A stretch of 64,000 nucleotides of DNA from the human T2T-CHM13v2.0 reference genome, Homo sapiens. Position numbers and translations under genes: made by a program. The stretch lies in NCBI RefSeq assembly GCF_009914755.1, contig NC_060942.1, one strand, 5' to 3'. The notes beneath the pieces are model-generated. The model was not told where the DNA came from and did no database searches. It was given only the letters and a program-made list of their open reading frames with translations. Below are positions 15,230-30,009 of the stretch, in pieces (the first letter of the stretch is position 1; the number at the start of each line of letters is the position of its first letter).

Positions 15230-16250
15230 AAAAAAGAAATATAACTTCTACAGAAGTGCATAAAACATAAATATAAAGCTTGATGTTTTATTACAAAATG
15301 AAAACCCAAGTAACCACCTCAAGGTCCAGAAAGAACATTACCAGAATCTCAAAAGCCATTCTTATGACCCTCACAATTATTACCTAGTTTCTTTTGTGAG
15401 GTGATCACTATCATGACATTAACACTATGTTAAGATTTTTTACTGTCTTTATTCTTTATATCCATGCAATAACCCTCTAAGAGTGCTTCTATTTTCCTAT
15501 TGTTTTTGCTCATCATTTTTCCATATTATTCTATTTAATAGCAATTAATACATTTTTAATCTTTTAAAATGTTATTAAATAAATATACCATAATTTATGT
15601 ATTTAGTCTATGGGCAGTTTGATTATTTCTAATTTTGTCAATTACAGATAATACTGCCATACATATCTCTGAGTACATACCATTATGTTTTCTTTGTAAC
15701 TCGTAATTATATAATCAGTCCATATTTATAATTTTAATAAATAATGCCAAATAATTTTCTAGAGTGGTCATTAAACTTTGACTTTGACCAGTAGGGATTG
15801 AGAGTTCTTGCTGCCCCAAATCATTGCTTACACCTCTTGGTAAGGTGTAATTCTACTTTTTAAAAGATTTTTATTCTGCTGGTAGAATTCCCATTGAGAT
15901 TTTAATTAGTCATTTCCTAATGACTGATGAAGCAGTTACTATATTTATTATCCATTTGGATACTCTCACATTTGAGAGCCCTGTTCAAGTCTCCTGCCAA
16001 TTTTTCTTTTGAATTACCTTTTCTTAAATTTTATTTATAGGGTTTTTAACTGTATTCTGAACATGAACCTTTTGTTCATTATATAATTAGCTATATAAAC
16101 AAATCTATGGATTTTTTTGGACTCTAATCAACAGAAACCTGATTTTTACGTAATCCAAATTATAAACTTTTTAAAAGATTATTACCTTTAAGGGTGCTCT
16201 GTTTAATAAATTATATATATTTTTTCTGTATATCATCTTTTAGGTATCCA
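15230..16250 (-). mobile_element. Ancient L1M (L1ME-like) 3' fragment
   Basis: degenerate antisense L1 3' motifs (aagaacattaccag, catttcctaatgactgatga, ctgttcaagtct); ends approximate. Confidence 0.6.
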
Positions 16251-17029
16251 AAATTCCCCAAATGGAAGTAAGATATAAAGAAAGAGTGACACTTTACTTA
16301 CCATACACAAATATACATATACATACTAAAAAGTAGCAAAATTAGACATTTTTCATTTTGATTTCAACTTTAAATTTCATTTATTCAAGGTCATTTGACC
16401 TTAACCCACTTTCCATCAAATACATGTCTTTGAAATTTACTCACTTTTAACAACTGCATTTCTGTTTATTGAGGATAGGTGGGGTATCTGGTAAAGAATG
16501 CTTCAGTGTGTGAGGTGAACAGTATTTCTAGGCTGAAATTGTTCTATGCATTGAAATTCATGAGAAAGAAAACAAAAAGAGGGTGAACAAGAGATAATAA
16601 ACTTCATGAATTTACTGGCTGAATGCTAGTTTCAGTAGGCAATAGATTTGTGGAAAATTATTTGAGAAAATTATTAAAATAATTTCTGATAAACCTACAT
16701 TTGGGGGTAAAAAGACAGAAGACACATTTCAATCTGTAATATCAATATAGCCTTGAAATACTAATAAAATTTGTTTTTTCTTGGCTATTTGTTTCTTATG
16801 AACAAAAGTGAAAATTACTCTACTGTCTTCACTGAAACCAGACATGCTACCTTTTTACAGTTATATTTGGTCTTTATACTATTTTTAGCTAAAAGTGCTA
16901 ATACCATGTAATGTTCATATATTTTTATTTTTTGAGAATTTCAACAGCATTTCTTAAATACTCCTTTTTGTCATATATCTGTGAAAATTTCAACCCTTGT
17001 CTCAATTATTGTTGTTTTATAATAGGATA

Positions 17030-17111
17030 TAATGTCTAATCAATGTTCACTGTTACTCCTCCCTAAACAATAATGTCTAATCAATGTTCACTGTTACTCC
17101 TACCTAAACAA
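17030..17111. repeat. 41-bp tandem duplication (2 copies, 1 mismatch)
   Basis: taatgtctaatcaatgttcactgttactcct(c/a)cctaaacaa twice. Confidence 0.95.
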
Positions 17112-17349
17112 TCCTTCCTTTATATACAAAAGGAAGACAAAATAGACCCAATTTGCAGAATGCTTTGCTGTAGTCATGCTAAGCAACATGATTCAATAAT
17201 CAACTTTGTTAAAAATAATGATGTACTAATTTGTAAGACAGTGCTGTGTAACATTGTTTGAGGTGAGGGAGAGGGCAGAAAAGCAGATGTTTCCAAGGAA
17301 TTTGAGTGGTTTAAGCAAAAAAAAAAAAAAAAAAAAAAAGAAGACATAA

Positions 17350-17750
17350 TATCTTAGTCTGTTTTGAGTCTGTTTTGTGTTGCTATAAAGGCATGCCTGA
17401 GGATGGGTAATTTATAAAGAAAAACTATCTATTTGGCTCACAATTCTGCTGACTCAAAGGTTCAAGATTGGGAATCTGGGTGGGGGCCTCAGGCTGCTTC
17501 TATTCATGGTGGAAGGTAAAGGGGAGCCAGTGTGTGCTGAGATTATGTGGTGAGAGAGGAAGCAAGGTGGGGGTTCCAGACTCTTTTTAACAACCAGTTC
17601 TCATGGAAACTAATAGAGTGAGAACTTACTCTCCAGGGAAGGCATTCATCTATGCATGAGGGGACTGCCCCATGACCTCCCATTAGGCCCTAACTCCAAA
17701 TTAGGGATCAAATTTTAACATGAGATTTGAAGTGGACAAATATTCAAGAC
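17350..17750 (-). mobile_element. MSTB-like MaLR LTR
   Basis: gttgctataaaggcatgcctgaggatgggtaatttataaag..ggcctcaggctgcttc..catgagatttga. Confidence 0.8.
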
Positions 17751-18379
17751 AATTTTGCATGAAAATATTTATTTGCATTAAATGTAACAGAGGTCAAATA
17801 TGGAAAGTCAGTCAAGTATTCTGGACCTGTTTGCTGATTATCTGTAAGTTGTCCATTTTCAGAGGACTCTGCAGCAGCTTTGGGAGCCCCTAGTGCTATG
17901 TGGAATGCAGTTTGAAAACCACTGAATTACTGTATAAAAGTGGTGTCATTGTAGGAAAAGTTTAGAAGTAGTTACAGCCCCTGCTTGGAAAAAAAATCTC
18001 TGAGAAGACCATTAGAGGGAAATAGAGAAGACACATATATGGATGTGTACATATGTGAAAAAGTGGAAATAGCATGGTCTCTTTAGCATACTGTCGCATT
18101 ATCCCGAACAATTACGTTAAGTTCTCTGAATTTAAGTTTTCAACACATGCAATTAAGAATATGATATCTACTTCAAAGGGGTGTTATAAGGGGAATTGAA
18201 TTAATGTAGGTTAAAAATGCTTTGTTTTTAAGAATACATACTTAACAAATGTAATGCAATAGTATCCTATTACAAATACATACTTACACATGTAAGGCAA
18301 TAGTATACTAAGTATTGGGGAAACTATTTGCTGAATATGCTGTTATTGTTCCTATGGTTTCTAATATCATCTACTAGAG

Positions 18380-18605
18380 CAGGGATTAGCAAACCTTTTC
18401 TATAAAGTACCAGATAGTAAATATTTTCAGGTTTGAGAGCCATATCATATTTGTTAGTCACAGCTACTCTACTCATGTTAGAGCACAAAAACCATCATAG
18501 ATGATATGTGAAAAAGTGAGTGTGGCTGTTTTCCAGTAAAATGTTAATTATAAAAACAGGCAACTGGCAGAATTTGCCCAGTGAACTACAATTTGCAAAC
18601 CTCTG
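18380..18605 (+). mobile_element. MER58A (hAT-Charlie MITE)
   Basis: cagggattagcaaac..ccagatagtaaatatttt...tttgcaaacctctg; 8-bp TSD tactagag/tactagat. Confidence 0.85.
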
Positions 18606-18614
18606 TACTAGATC

Positions 18615-18925
18615 CTTTCAAACTCAAAGTATAGTCCATAGACCACCTGAGAGCAGGAAAAGCTACATAAATTGTGTGACCTAATACAAAATGAAAATGC
18701 AGAGCCCCTTGTTTAAAAATAACTAAGAATATTAAAATGCTGACAGCAGAGCATGATTTCAAATGTGGGTTTCTTTTGCAGACTTACAAGTCACACATCT
18801 GTGAATCCAGCCCTGCCTGGGAGCTTGTTAAAAATGCAGGCCTTGTCTCTGACCTATTGAATCATAATCTGCATATCAGTAAGGTCCCTGGATGGTTCAT
18901 ATGTACATATGTTTTGAAAAGTACT
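18615..18925. mobile_element. MER5A-like MITE, split by MER45A
   Basis: ctcaaagtatagtcc ... cctgggagcttgttaaaaatgcag..gaatcataatctgcat..tttgaaaagtactg. Confidence 0.7.
18654..18815 (+). mobile_element. MER45A-like hAT MITE nested in MER5A
   Basis: cagg..aaaatgaaaatgcagagccccttg...ccagccctg; 8-bp TSD cctgagag/cctgggag. Confidence 0.75.
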
Positions 18926-19224
18926 GATAGACTAAAATAATTTTAAAACTGTATTTCTGGATAGGAGTTCTCTAACAAAGGCCAAGTAATTACTTCCATC
19001 TATGAGAAATCTACTTTAAAATTCTTACAAACTGTTTATAAAATAATTGAAAAATTAGCATAGTCAACAAATATAATATCCTCCTGTATTCCCCAACTAC
19101 TCCCCAAGTCAAATTATTTGCAATATGTTCTCAGTTTCTTCTTCCATTCTCATTGCATCTAATTAGCTACTGGTGCCGATCCCTCCCTCCCAGAACATTT
19201 TCTCAGTCTGGCAGCACCTCTCAG

Positions 19225-19468
19225 GAGAGTGTAGTAGTTAAGAACATTGGTTCTAAAGCTGGACTGCTCGACTTTGTATGCTGCCTCCACCTCTTACCAG
19301 CTGTTTGGTCTTGGGCAAGCTACTTAATCAATGTCTCAGTTCCTTCTTCTCTTATAAGGGATAATAACTCATAGCATTATTGTGAGGATTAAATGAGTTT
19401 TTATATGTAAACACTTAATTAGTGTCTGACACATGGTAAACACTTGTGAGTATTAGATAATATTATTA
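19225..19468 (+). mobile_element. MIR
   Basis: gtagtagttaagaaca..cttgggcaag.tacttaa..ctcagtt..ttgtgaggattaaatgag core. Confidence 0.85.
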
Positions 19469-20287
19469 TCTATCAATTCCCATCACCTTTATAATACTTC
19501 TGGCTGTCATAGTCAGTTATCTGAGCTCGTGCAACATTAACTGTTGTCAATAACACATGGAAATTAGGATTAGCTTCACAGTTTAGGGAGCAAAGTTAGC
19601 CATACTGCTGAATACAGGAATAGCAAGAGGAGAGTTTTTTGTGAGCACAATATAATGGAATCCAGAAAATAGTCTCAAGAATGAAATCAGCACATAGGAA
19701 TCAAGCCAAAGAAATCAAGTATAATAAATCATTTGAGTCCGATGAACCTACAAAACCTAAAATATTTAGGTTATGGCCCTGTATAGAAAAAAAAAGGAAA
19801 TTTACTACCTCTACAGGATGACAGAATGCAGAGCAGAATTGGTGGGATTTTCAGGAAGAACATGGTCATTGAAAGAATATTCCAAAATAAGACTAAGAAG
19901 AGTAAAGCTGGAAAGAATCCCAAGTCATCTGCCCCTGGAGTGTGAGTGGGTGCTAGGCCAGAAAGGCCAGAATAGTCAGGACGTTTGTATTTATCTTCAT
20001 TGCTGAATCATTCGGGGACTCAATTCTCATAAAGAAGGACAAAAAAACCTGCTTCTAAAATATACTTTTAGTGAGATCAATATTATCATTAGTCAGAGTA
20101 AACTTTGTTGATTCTAGGGAGGCATAGGGAATGTGGCAGAAAGCTTTGTAATTATTTCAATGGTTAGGGTACCACAAATATCATTCTAAAAAAACCCAAT
20201 TGTGTAAACTTGTTTTGACATCATCGTGTCATAAGATCAAAGCTCTTTGGCATGACATATAATTTTCTACTTAGAAAGTCATATATT

Positions 20288-22890
<2,603 letters not shown>

Positions 22891-23589
22891 TCATGTAATC
22901 TCAGCATTCGAGAGACAGCATTACATAGTTGGCTTGGATATGAAAATATCCAGTTCTGAATTCAACTTTGTTGATTTTTTTATAGCCTGAAAATTCTTCC
23001 CTTGCTCTTTGCCATATAGCGAGCTACAATTCATCCTATAAAAAGTCAGTTCAAATACCATATGTTTTGGAAATCCTTTCAATAGTCTTGCAGGCATAAG
23101 TAGTTATTCCTTTCACTGAAGGAGAGATGATCATGTTGTAGCCCAGGGAGTGAATGGACACATGAAGCAGAAATACAACATAGCCACAGGACAGTGTCTA
23201 GGAATGGTTGTCTCCTCCAAAGTAACAGAGACTCCTCCAAGAGTTGGTAGGAATACAAAACAGATACCCACCACTGCTGGGCCTCATCCCAAGAGTAATA
23301 CCACTTAGGATAATCTTGTATAATAACTGTTCTTTCTAGAGTGGAAATATTCAACAAGCAGCTACCTTCTAAAATATGTTAATAGATAACACCATCTGGC
23401 ACCCTTTCTGGTGATATTGTAAGTTATTAGATAGTGCCCTTTCAGAATACTGTGGTGAAATGCCACTCTATGAAACAGAGATTTTGCAAGAAAAGGGAGA
23501 GGCAAAGAATTAAACTTGGGGAGGTGTTCCTATCACAAAAAAAAAAAGCATATAGAAGTTCAAAGCTTTCTATTTTTCATGATCTCCAT

Positions 23590-23899
23590 TGCTATGGTTT
23601 GAATGTGTCCCCTCCAAAATTCAGGTATTGCCAATATGACAATATTGAGAGGTGAGGCCTTTAAGAAGGCCACATGATCTCCTACTTCATGAATGAGATT
23701 AGGGTTATGAAAGAGACTTCATGCAGTGTTTGGTAGCCTACATTTCTGCCTTCTGCCATGTGGATCAGCAAAAAGGCCCTCACTAGATCCTGGCACCTTG
23801 ATCTTGAACTTCCAACATTCAGAGATGTCAAAAATAAATTTCTGTTGTTTCAATTATTTACCCCGTTTGTGGTATGTTACAGAAGCATAAACAAAGACA
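23590..23899 (+). mobile_element. MSTC/D-like MaLR LTR
   Basis: tgctatggtttgaatgtgtcccctccaaaattc..ggcaccttgatcttgaacttcc..aataaatttctg; TSD tccat/accat. Confidence 0.8.
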
Positions 23900-24499
23900 A
23901 CCATTAAGGTTGCCACTATACTGTTGTGAATGGGAATTTCTGATTCAGATCAAGGACAAATTACTTAGTTTGGCCCTGGGTAATAAAACCTTCACTGGAA
24001 AAAGCAAAATGGTGACATTTTCCACATGGAAAACTCTTAGGTCACAAAATCTTGACTTCTTTTCTTTTTGATCTTATTCGACGCATAGTAAAGCAAAGAC
24101 AATTCCATTTATTGGGAAAAACTGTTTCCCATTTCTCCTGCTTCTTTCTCCATATATTAAGGCCAGCATGTATCCAACCTGGAGAACTAAGAAATCATGA
24201 GCATGAGAGAGAGAAATTAAGGTTTTTTTTCCCTAATAATTGTAATAAGACTTTTCATAAATAAAATGAATACCAAGAATATTTGCCATCTGAGAGATCA
24301 AGATGTGTGTCCAAAGTAAGCCGTTGTCGTTTGCCGAAAGTGTTCTTCATAGCCATTGAGTTATGGGGTAGAAGTAGCAGTTAATATTTGATGGAGAATT
24401 AGGGTTTGTATATATTTATCGCTAGACTTAGATCACTATGGCTAACAGGGTGTTTGGATAATTTAATATTAAATAGATAAGACTGACACAGAGAATATA

Positions 24500-25330
24500 C
24501 CTATGAAACTGTATAAGCCTCATCTCTGAATTTACAGTAAAACCCCTAGGTTATAAAAAAAATTACAAAACAACATTACTATTTGGAAATTTTAAAATAT
24601 TATTGTAAATGAATGAATCAATGAGGAAATCAAAAACAAGTACATATAATTTGAAAAGAAGAGAAAACCTGAAAATTACATGTGAACCAGTTTTAAATGT
24701 GTTTGAAATTGTAATATTTGCAAAGCCACAGTTTAGTGATATACACAAGTGTTTGCACATCCATATTCACATGCATACAAATGAGAATGAATGAATAATG
24801 AATAAAACATATAACTTAAAAAGTTAGAAAAATAACTTCAAGATAAATTTGGAAAAGTAGTTTACAGGACATACATAAAATAATGATTAATAGTTAATAT
24901 ATTTAGAAGATTTAGTGAAAACAAAGGTGGAGGGAAGCTCTAATCAAGTCAAAGAAAGGATAGAAAATTTAGGAACAACAAATGAACTATAACCACAAAT
25001 GTCAATGCAGATAATACACTAGATGAAAATAGGTTTCTAATTTACAGTTTAAAAAATGTGAAATATCTCAATTAAATGGAAAAACTTATGAGTTAATATC
25101 TAAACTGGTCAAGAAAAAGAAAGTATATCCAAACAAGTAAATAAAGAACAAAAAGTAAATGTTACCAAAGAAATACTGCCAGAAAAGCAATTGTGTGCCA
25201 ATGGTCTTATAAGTGATTTGCTAAAAATTTCCTAATGACAGATAATTCCTCTTCTAGGGAGATGTTCTATAGAAAGAGGACATATTTTTAAAATATAGAT
25301 AATTATTCACAAGATAGTTATTATTATAGA
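24500..25330 (+). mobile_element. Ancient L1M ORF2 fragment
   Basis: A-rich, degenerate ORF2-like motifs; boundaries approximate. Confidence 0.45.
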
Positions 25331-25429
25331 TGCATTGAAAACCTTATTGTATATTACAAATCAAAGACAACCAAAGGCTAGAGGAAGTCTTGTTTCTCTT
25401 ATGCCTGACATGTAATTTGGGACTCATAC

Positions 25430-26750
25430 TGACCTTGCCTTCAAAATATATCCCAAACAATCAGACCATGTATATTTTACCATTTAAACCACTACCACTC
25501 TGCTCCTAGCCACCATCTTCTCCTGCTAGAACCTTGAAACTCTCCAGCTCAGGGATCCCCAACCCTCAGGCCACAGACTAGTACCCCCAGTGCCCCAACC
25601 CCCAGGTCATGTACTGGTACTGGTCCGTGGCCTATTAGGAATTGGGTTGCACAGCAGGTAAGCAAGTGAAGCTTCATCTGTATTTACAACCATGCCCCAT
25701 CCCTCACATTACCACCTGAGCTCTTTCTCCTGTCCGATCATCAGCAGCATTAGATTCTCCTAGGAGCAGGAACCTATTGTGAACTGCACATACGAGAGAT
25801 TTAGGTTGTGTGCTCCTTATGAGAATCTAATGCCAGTTGATCCGCCACTGTCTCCCATCACCCCAAGGTGAGACCATCTAGTTGCAGGAAAACAAGCTCA
25901 GGTCTCCCACTGACTCTACATTATAGAATTCTACATTATAGAGTTGTATAATTATTGCATTATATATTACAGTGTAATAATAATAGAAATAAAGTGCACA
26001 ATAAATGTAATGTACTTGAATCATCCTGAAACCATACCCCCTGCCCTGTCGCTGGAAAAATTGTCTTCCTCGAAACCAGTCCCTGGCTCTAAAACGGTCG
26101 GGGACCAATGATCTAGCTGGTAATCCTGCTTACACTATTGATTCCCCCTCCCCCGATATATTCTCCATAGAGAAACCAGAGAATTATTTTAAAAACACAT
26201 ATTTCATCATATCATTTTCATGCTCAAAATACTCGAATCACTTCCTTACAAACCAAAGTAAAATTCAAATACTATTGCAGCCAAAAAGATATGGGTCCTT
26301 GCTCCTTTTTTTATCTGATCCTTAATGATCTCCTCCTTATTCACTGGGTTCCTGAGTCCTTGGTGCTCCCGGAGCATGCTAAGCCCTGGCTTCAGGTCTT
26401 TACTTGCTGTTCCATCTGTCTAGAATACTCTTTCCTCAAATAACCAGATGGCTTAACCCCTCACCTCATTCAGCCCTCCCCTCAAACATTACCTCATTAA
26501 AAATGCATCTCTGCCCTTTCAAAAACATAGAATGAACCATAGTTCTCCATATTTTTATTTCACTTTATTTTTCTTCATATAATTTATATTAGGTCATATA
26601 TTGATTATATATTGATTATCTGTTTCCACCCACTAGAAAACCAATTTCATTACAGTGACACCTTTTTTCCCTTGTGTATCCAGTATTTACAAGAGTGCCT
26701 GGCACTCCTTGTAAAAGGAGCTCAGTATTTTTCGATTAAAGAATAAATAA
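25430..26750 (+). mobile_element. L2a 3' portion, interrupted by MER1A
   Basis: ccttcaaaatatatcc..gccaccatc; cttgctgttcc.tctg.ctagaa; agtgcctggcac; gaataaataaa end. Confidence 0.75.
25550..26110 (+). mobile_element. MER1A (hAT-Charlie), essentially full length
   Basis: cagggatccccaacc..gaagcttcatctgtattt..gagaatctaatgcc..ggggacca.tg; degenerate 8-bp TSD ctccagct/atctagct. Confidence 0.9.
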
Positions 26751-26937
26751 AATCAATGACATCAATCTTGGGAAACAAAATAACTTACTTTACTTATGTA
26801 ATTGAATTAATGTCATTGAAATATATATTAAGGGCATAGAGAGGTACTTACTATATTAATTAAAATATAAAATTTAGTTATTAATTTGCATAAAAATATT
26901 GAGTCAGCAATCTACAAATTATGTGCATAGAAAAATT

Positions 26938-27160
26938 ACCAGCCTGGGCAACATAGTGACAACCTGTTTCTACAAAAATAAATTTAAATTTTATCTGGGC
27001 ATTGTGGTGTGCATGTGTAGTCCCAGCTGTTTGGAAGACTGAGGTGGGAGGATCACTTGAGCCAAGGAGTTTGAGGTTACAGTGAGTTATGATTTCACCA
27101 CTGCACTCCAGACTACACAACAAAGAAAGATCCTGTCTGTTTAAAAAAAAAAAAAAAAGG
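26938..27160 (+). mobile_element. 5'-truncated AluJ
   Basis: accagcctgggcaacatagtga..ggaggatcacttgagcc..A tail. Confidence 0.85.
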
Positions 27161-27390
27161 AAAAAATAGAAGAAGAAAACTCAAAACTCTCTATTAAGAG
27201 TTCACCTGAATGGTAAGCATAACAACATTTGTTGTTTTATTTGTATTTTCTTTTATTTTTAAATTATTCTTTTATTTTTTAGTAATTATTGAAAATATTT
27301 TAAAAATTGAGCACCTACCATTGGCAGTCCACTGCTAGCCTGGGGTCAGTGGATATGGAGTTAATAGATGTCCTAATTTTAGTCAGAATA

Positions 27391-27413
27391 ACACACACAC
27401 ACACACACACACA
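27391..27413. repeat. (CA)n microsatellite
   Basis: about 11 CA units. Confidence 0.9.
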
Positions 27414-27749
27414 TATCTATATACACCAATAATTATAATCTCAGTCATACAGGGTGAAGGTCCCATGACCAATTGTGGTTGCTCCTTAATTTTTTAAGCC
27501 TATTTTCCTCAGATACGATAAAGAGATAATAAATCATCTTCATAATTCTATGCTAATACTATGTTAGTTAATGTGAGTAAAAAGCATAACACAATAACTA
27601 GTAATAAACTCAATTAGTCATTTTTATTGTTATGCTTATTAGTGTAGTAGAAAGAGTGGTTATTTTATCAGCAATATTAAGGAAGACATCATGAAGTAGT
27701 GGGAACTAGACTGAGCTTAAAAACTAATAGTATTTGACAGTATGGCCAG

Positions 27750-28952
27750 TAGTACATCCAGGCTAAGTTATGCTATGATAACAAACAACTAAGCCAAATC
27801 TCAGTGACTCAAGGAAACTTTCTTTTACCACCTGCACTTCCAATGCAGATCAACAATCAGGTGGGTGGGGTTGGTTGCCCCTGGTCAATCCCTCTGGGAG
27901 GCAAACCAACAAAGGCCTTATCTCGACCTGTGTGGGACTTGTGCAACATTAGGAGTGATATGCATTGAATTACTCATTGTCTCTTAATTTTTCTGGACAG
28001 AATTGCCACACTTCACCTTTACTCACATTTCAACAGCCAAATAAAGCTACATGGCTAACTGTAACTTCAAGTTGATGGAAAGCAATTCTACCCTGTATAA
28101 ACCAAAAATAAAATTCTAAGCCCCCCCACCACCAAACCCACCTCTACTCTTGGGCAAGTTCATTCCTAAGTTAACCTGAAAAACTAGTTCAGGCCATGAT
28201 GGAAAGTTGGGGTTGGGCAAATCTCATTATTCCCTCCTCCCTTTGAAATTCAGGCTAGGCTGACCAGTATTTAACATTAAAATAGAGACCTTAAGACTGA
28301 CAAAGCAGACTCTTTGTAGAAATAAGATAATATGACAGATGGCAGGCCCTAAAATAAAGTGTTTTACCCCAAAATATATTTATTTTACATACTTTGAAAT
28401 GGCCCTGAAAAGCCCTGCAAATTCTGTAGATTTTCCCTTCCCTTTCTGGGTCTTTGTCCTGATCCAGGAGAGAACTAAGAGTGTGGCAACTTTTTAAGTC
28501 TGATAAGAAACATTTACAATCTATTTTCTCCGAAGCCTGCTAACTGGAGGTTTCAACTGCATAATTAAAACTTTGAACTCCACAACAACGCTTTATCCTA
28601 ACACAGACACTTCCTCTGCTGGTTTCAAGTCTTTAGATAAACTCTTTCAACCAATTGCCAATCAGGAAATTTTTGAATCCACCTATGACCTGACAGCTTC
28701 CCTGTGTGACCACTCTCCTTTGAGTTGTCCCATCTTCCAAACCATTTTACATATTACATGTATTGACTGATGTCTTATGACCACTTTGCACACATGTTCT
28801 CAGGACCTTCTGAAGCTGTGTTATGGACATGTCCTTAACCTTGACAAAATAAACTTCCAAACTGATTGGGACCTATCTCATACATTTCAGTTTAGACTTG
28901 GGTGTAAAATTAAAGAGCTGGAAATATTTGTTGAAAGCACTAATAATCACCA
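27750..28952 (-). mobile_element. Old MLT1 (K/L-like) LTR split by MER4
   Basis: ggctaagttatgctatgataacaaacaac..aaatctcagtg; ctggaaatatttgttgaaagcactaat after the MER4. Confidence 0.55.
28096..28896 (+). mobile_element. MER4-family ERV1 solo LTR (MER4B-like)
   Basis: taaaccaaaaataaaattctaagcccccc..aacctgaaaaactagttcaggccatgat..; 4-bp TSD cctg/cttg. Confidence 0.85.
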
Positions 28953-29079
28953 CACACAGATTGACAAGGATAGTTGGTGGATTTGTTTCATCATCAGGCT
29001 AATTTGGAGAATGAAAACTGTTAGTTCATGAGTTTTTTCTCTATCTCTGAACAAAAACAATATAAGAGTATATGATCTC

Positions 29080-30008
29080 TAGCACTCAGCAAAATGGATA
29101 TTCCAAATCTTCCTACTGCTAAAATGCCAAACAAATTGTATACAATTTTTAAAAGATTTAAAAATTCATGTCTGAGCTAGCAATAAATAAAAGTGATCTT
29201 TAGAGGCAGAAAGTAAATTGAAAGCATAAATCTACAGTAACAAGTGAAAGTCCCTCACTTTCCTGGGAAAACTTGTACAGCCCTTAATATAGAGCTTTGA
29301 TTTTAATAACATATGTGTGCATAGGGCCCACACAAAGTGAAAGATCAGATCAGGGACCACAAATAAAGCTGGGATATAAGGGTAACTATCTTAGGGAAAG
29401 AGTGAACCTGGAAATATAAATAAAACAGAAAAATAATCATCTGCAAAGACAGATTGTTTGAAAACTTATCTGTTGTAGCTTTGGATTTCAGAATTCATAA
29501 CCACGAGCTGTGCTCACATGGTTTTGTGGCCCGATTTCATGTTACCTGTGTGGTCCAAAAGCCCCAAGAAGAAGAATATGGCTTAAAATCATCCCATGAA
29601 GTTATCATGCATTACACACGTTCTAGGTACCAAAGAGAAACATATGCAAATACTCTCTGAAGGAAGAAACTTTCAGTATTAGTCACATAGATTTCCCAGA
29701 AATGCAGAGTTTTTTCTGAAAATATGAATTCACAATAAAAACAATCACAAAGCAAATGAAGAAGCAAGGCATTATAAATAATAGTTGATGTAATACACTA
29801 CCAAACCAAATTTAAAAGATTTTAGGTATAGGAATTATATGTAAAAATTTTTTAAATGTGTGTTTAATATTGGAAAAAATAAAGTAAGGAATCCAAAATA
29901 TGGAAAATAAAAAGACTATATAAAATTGATTATTCACAGTTGAAAAAATGTTCAAATATAAATTTTAGAAATAAAAAATATAAAAATTTAGAATTTAAAG
30001 CTCTAATG
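29080..30008 (+). mobile_element. Ancient L1M 5'/ORF1 fragment (outer element; appears to resume at about 36870-37660)
   Basis: A-rich ORF1-like text ending aaagctctaatgg; continuation atagctgaagaga..gaagaaatta after 36870. Confidence 0.5.
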
Positions 30009-30009
30009 G

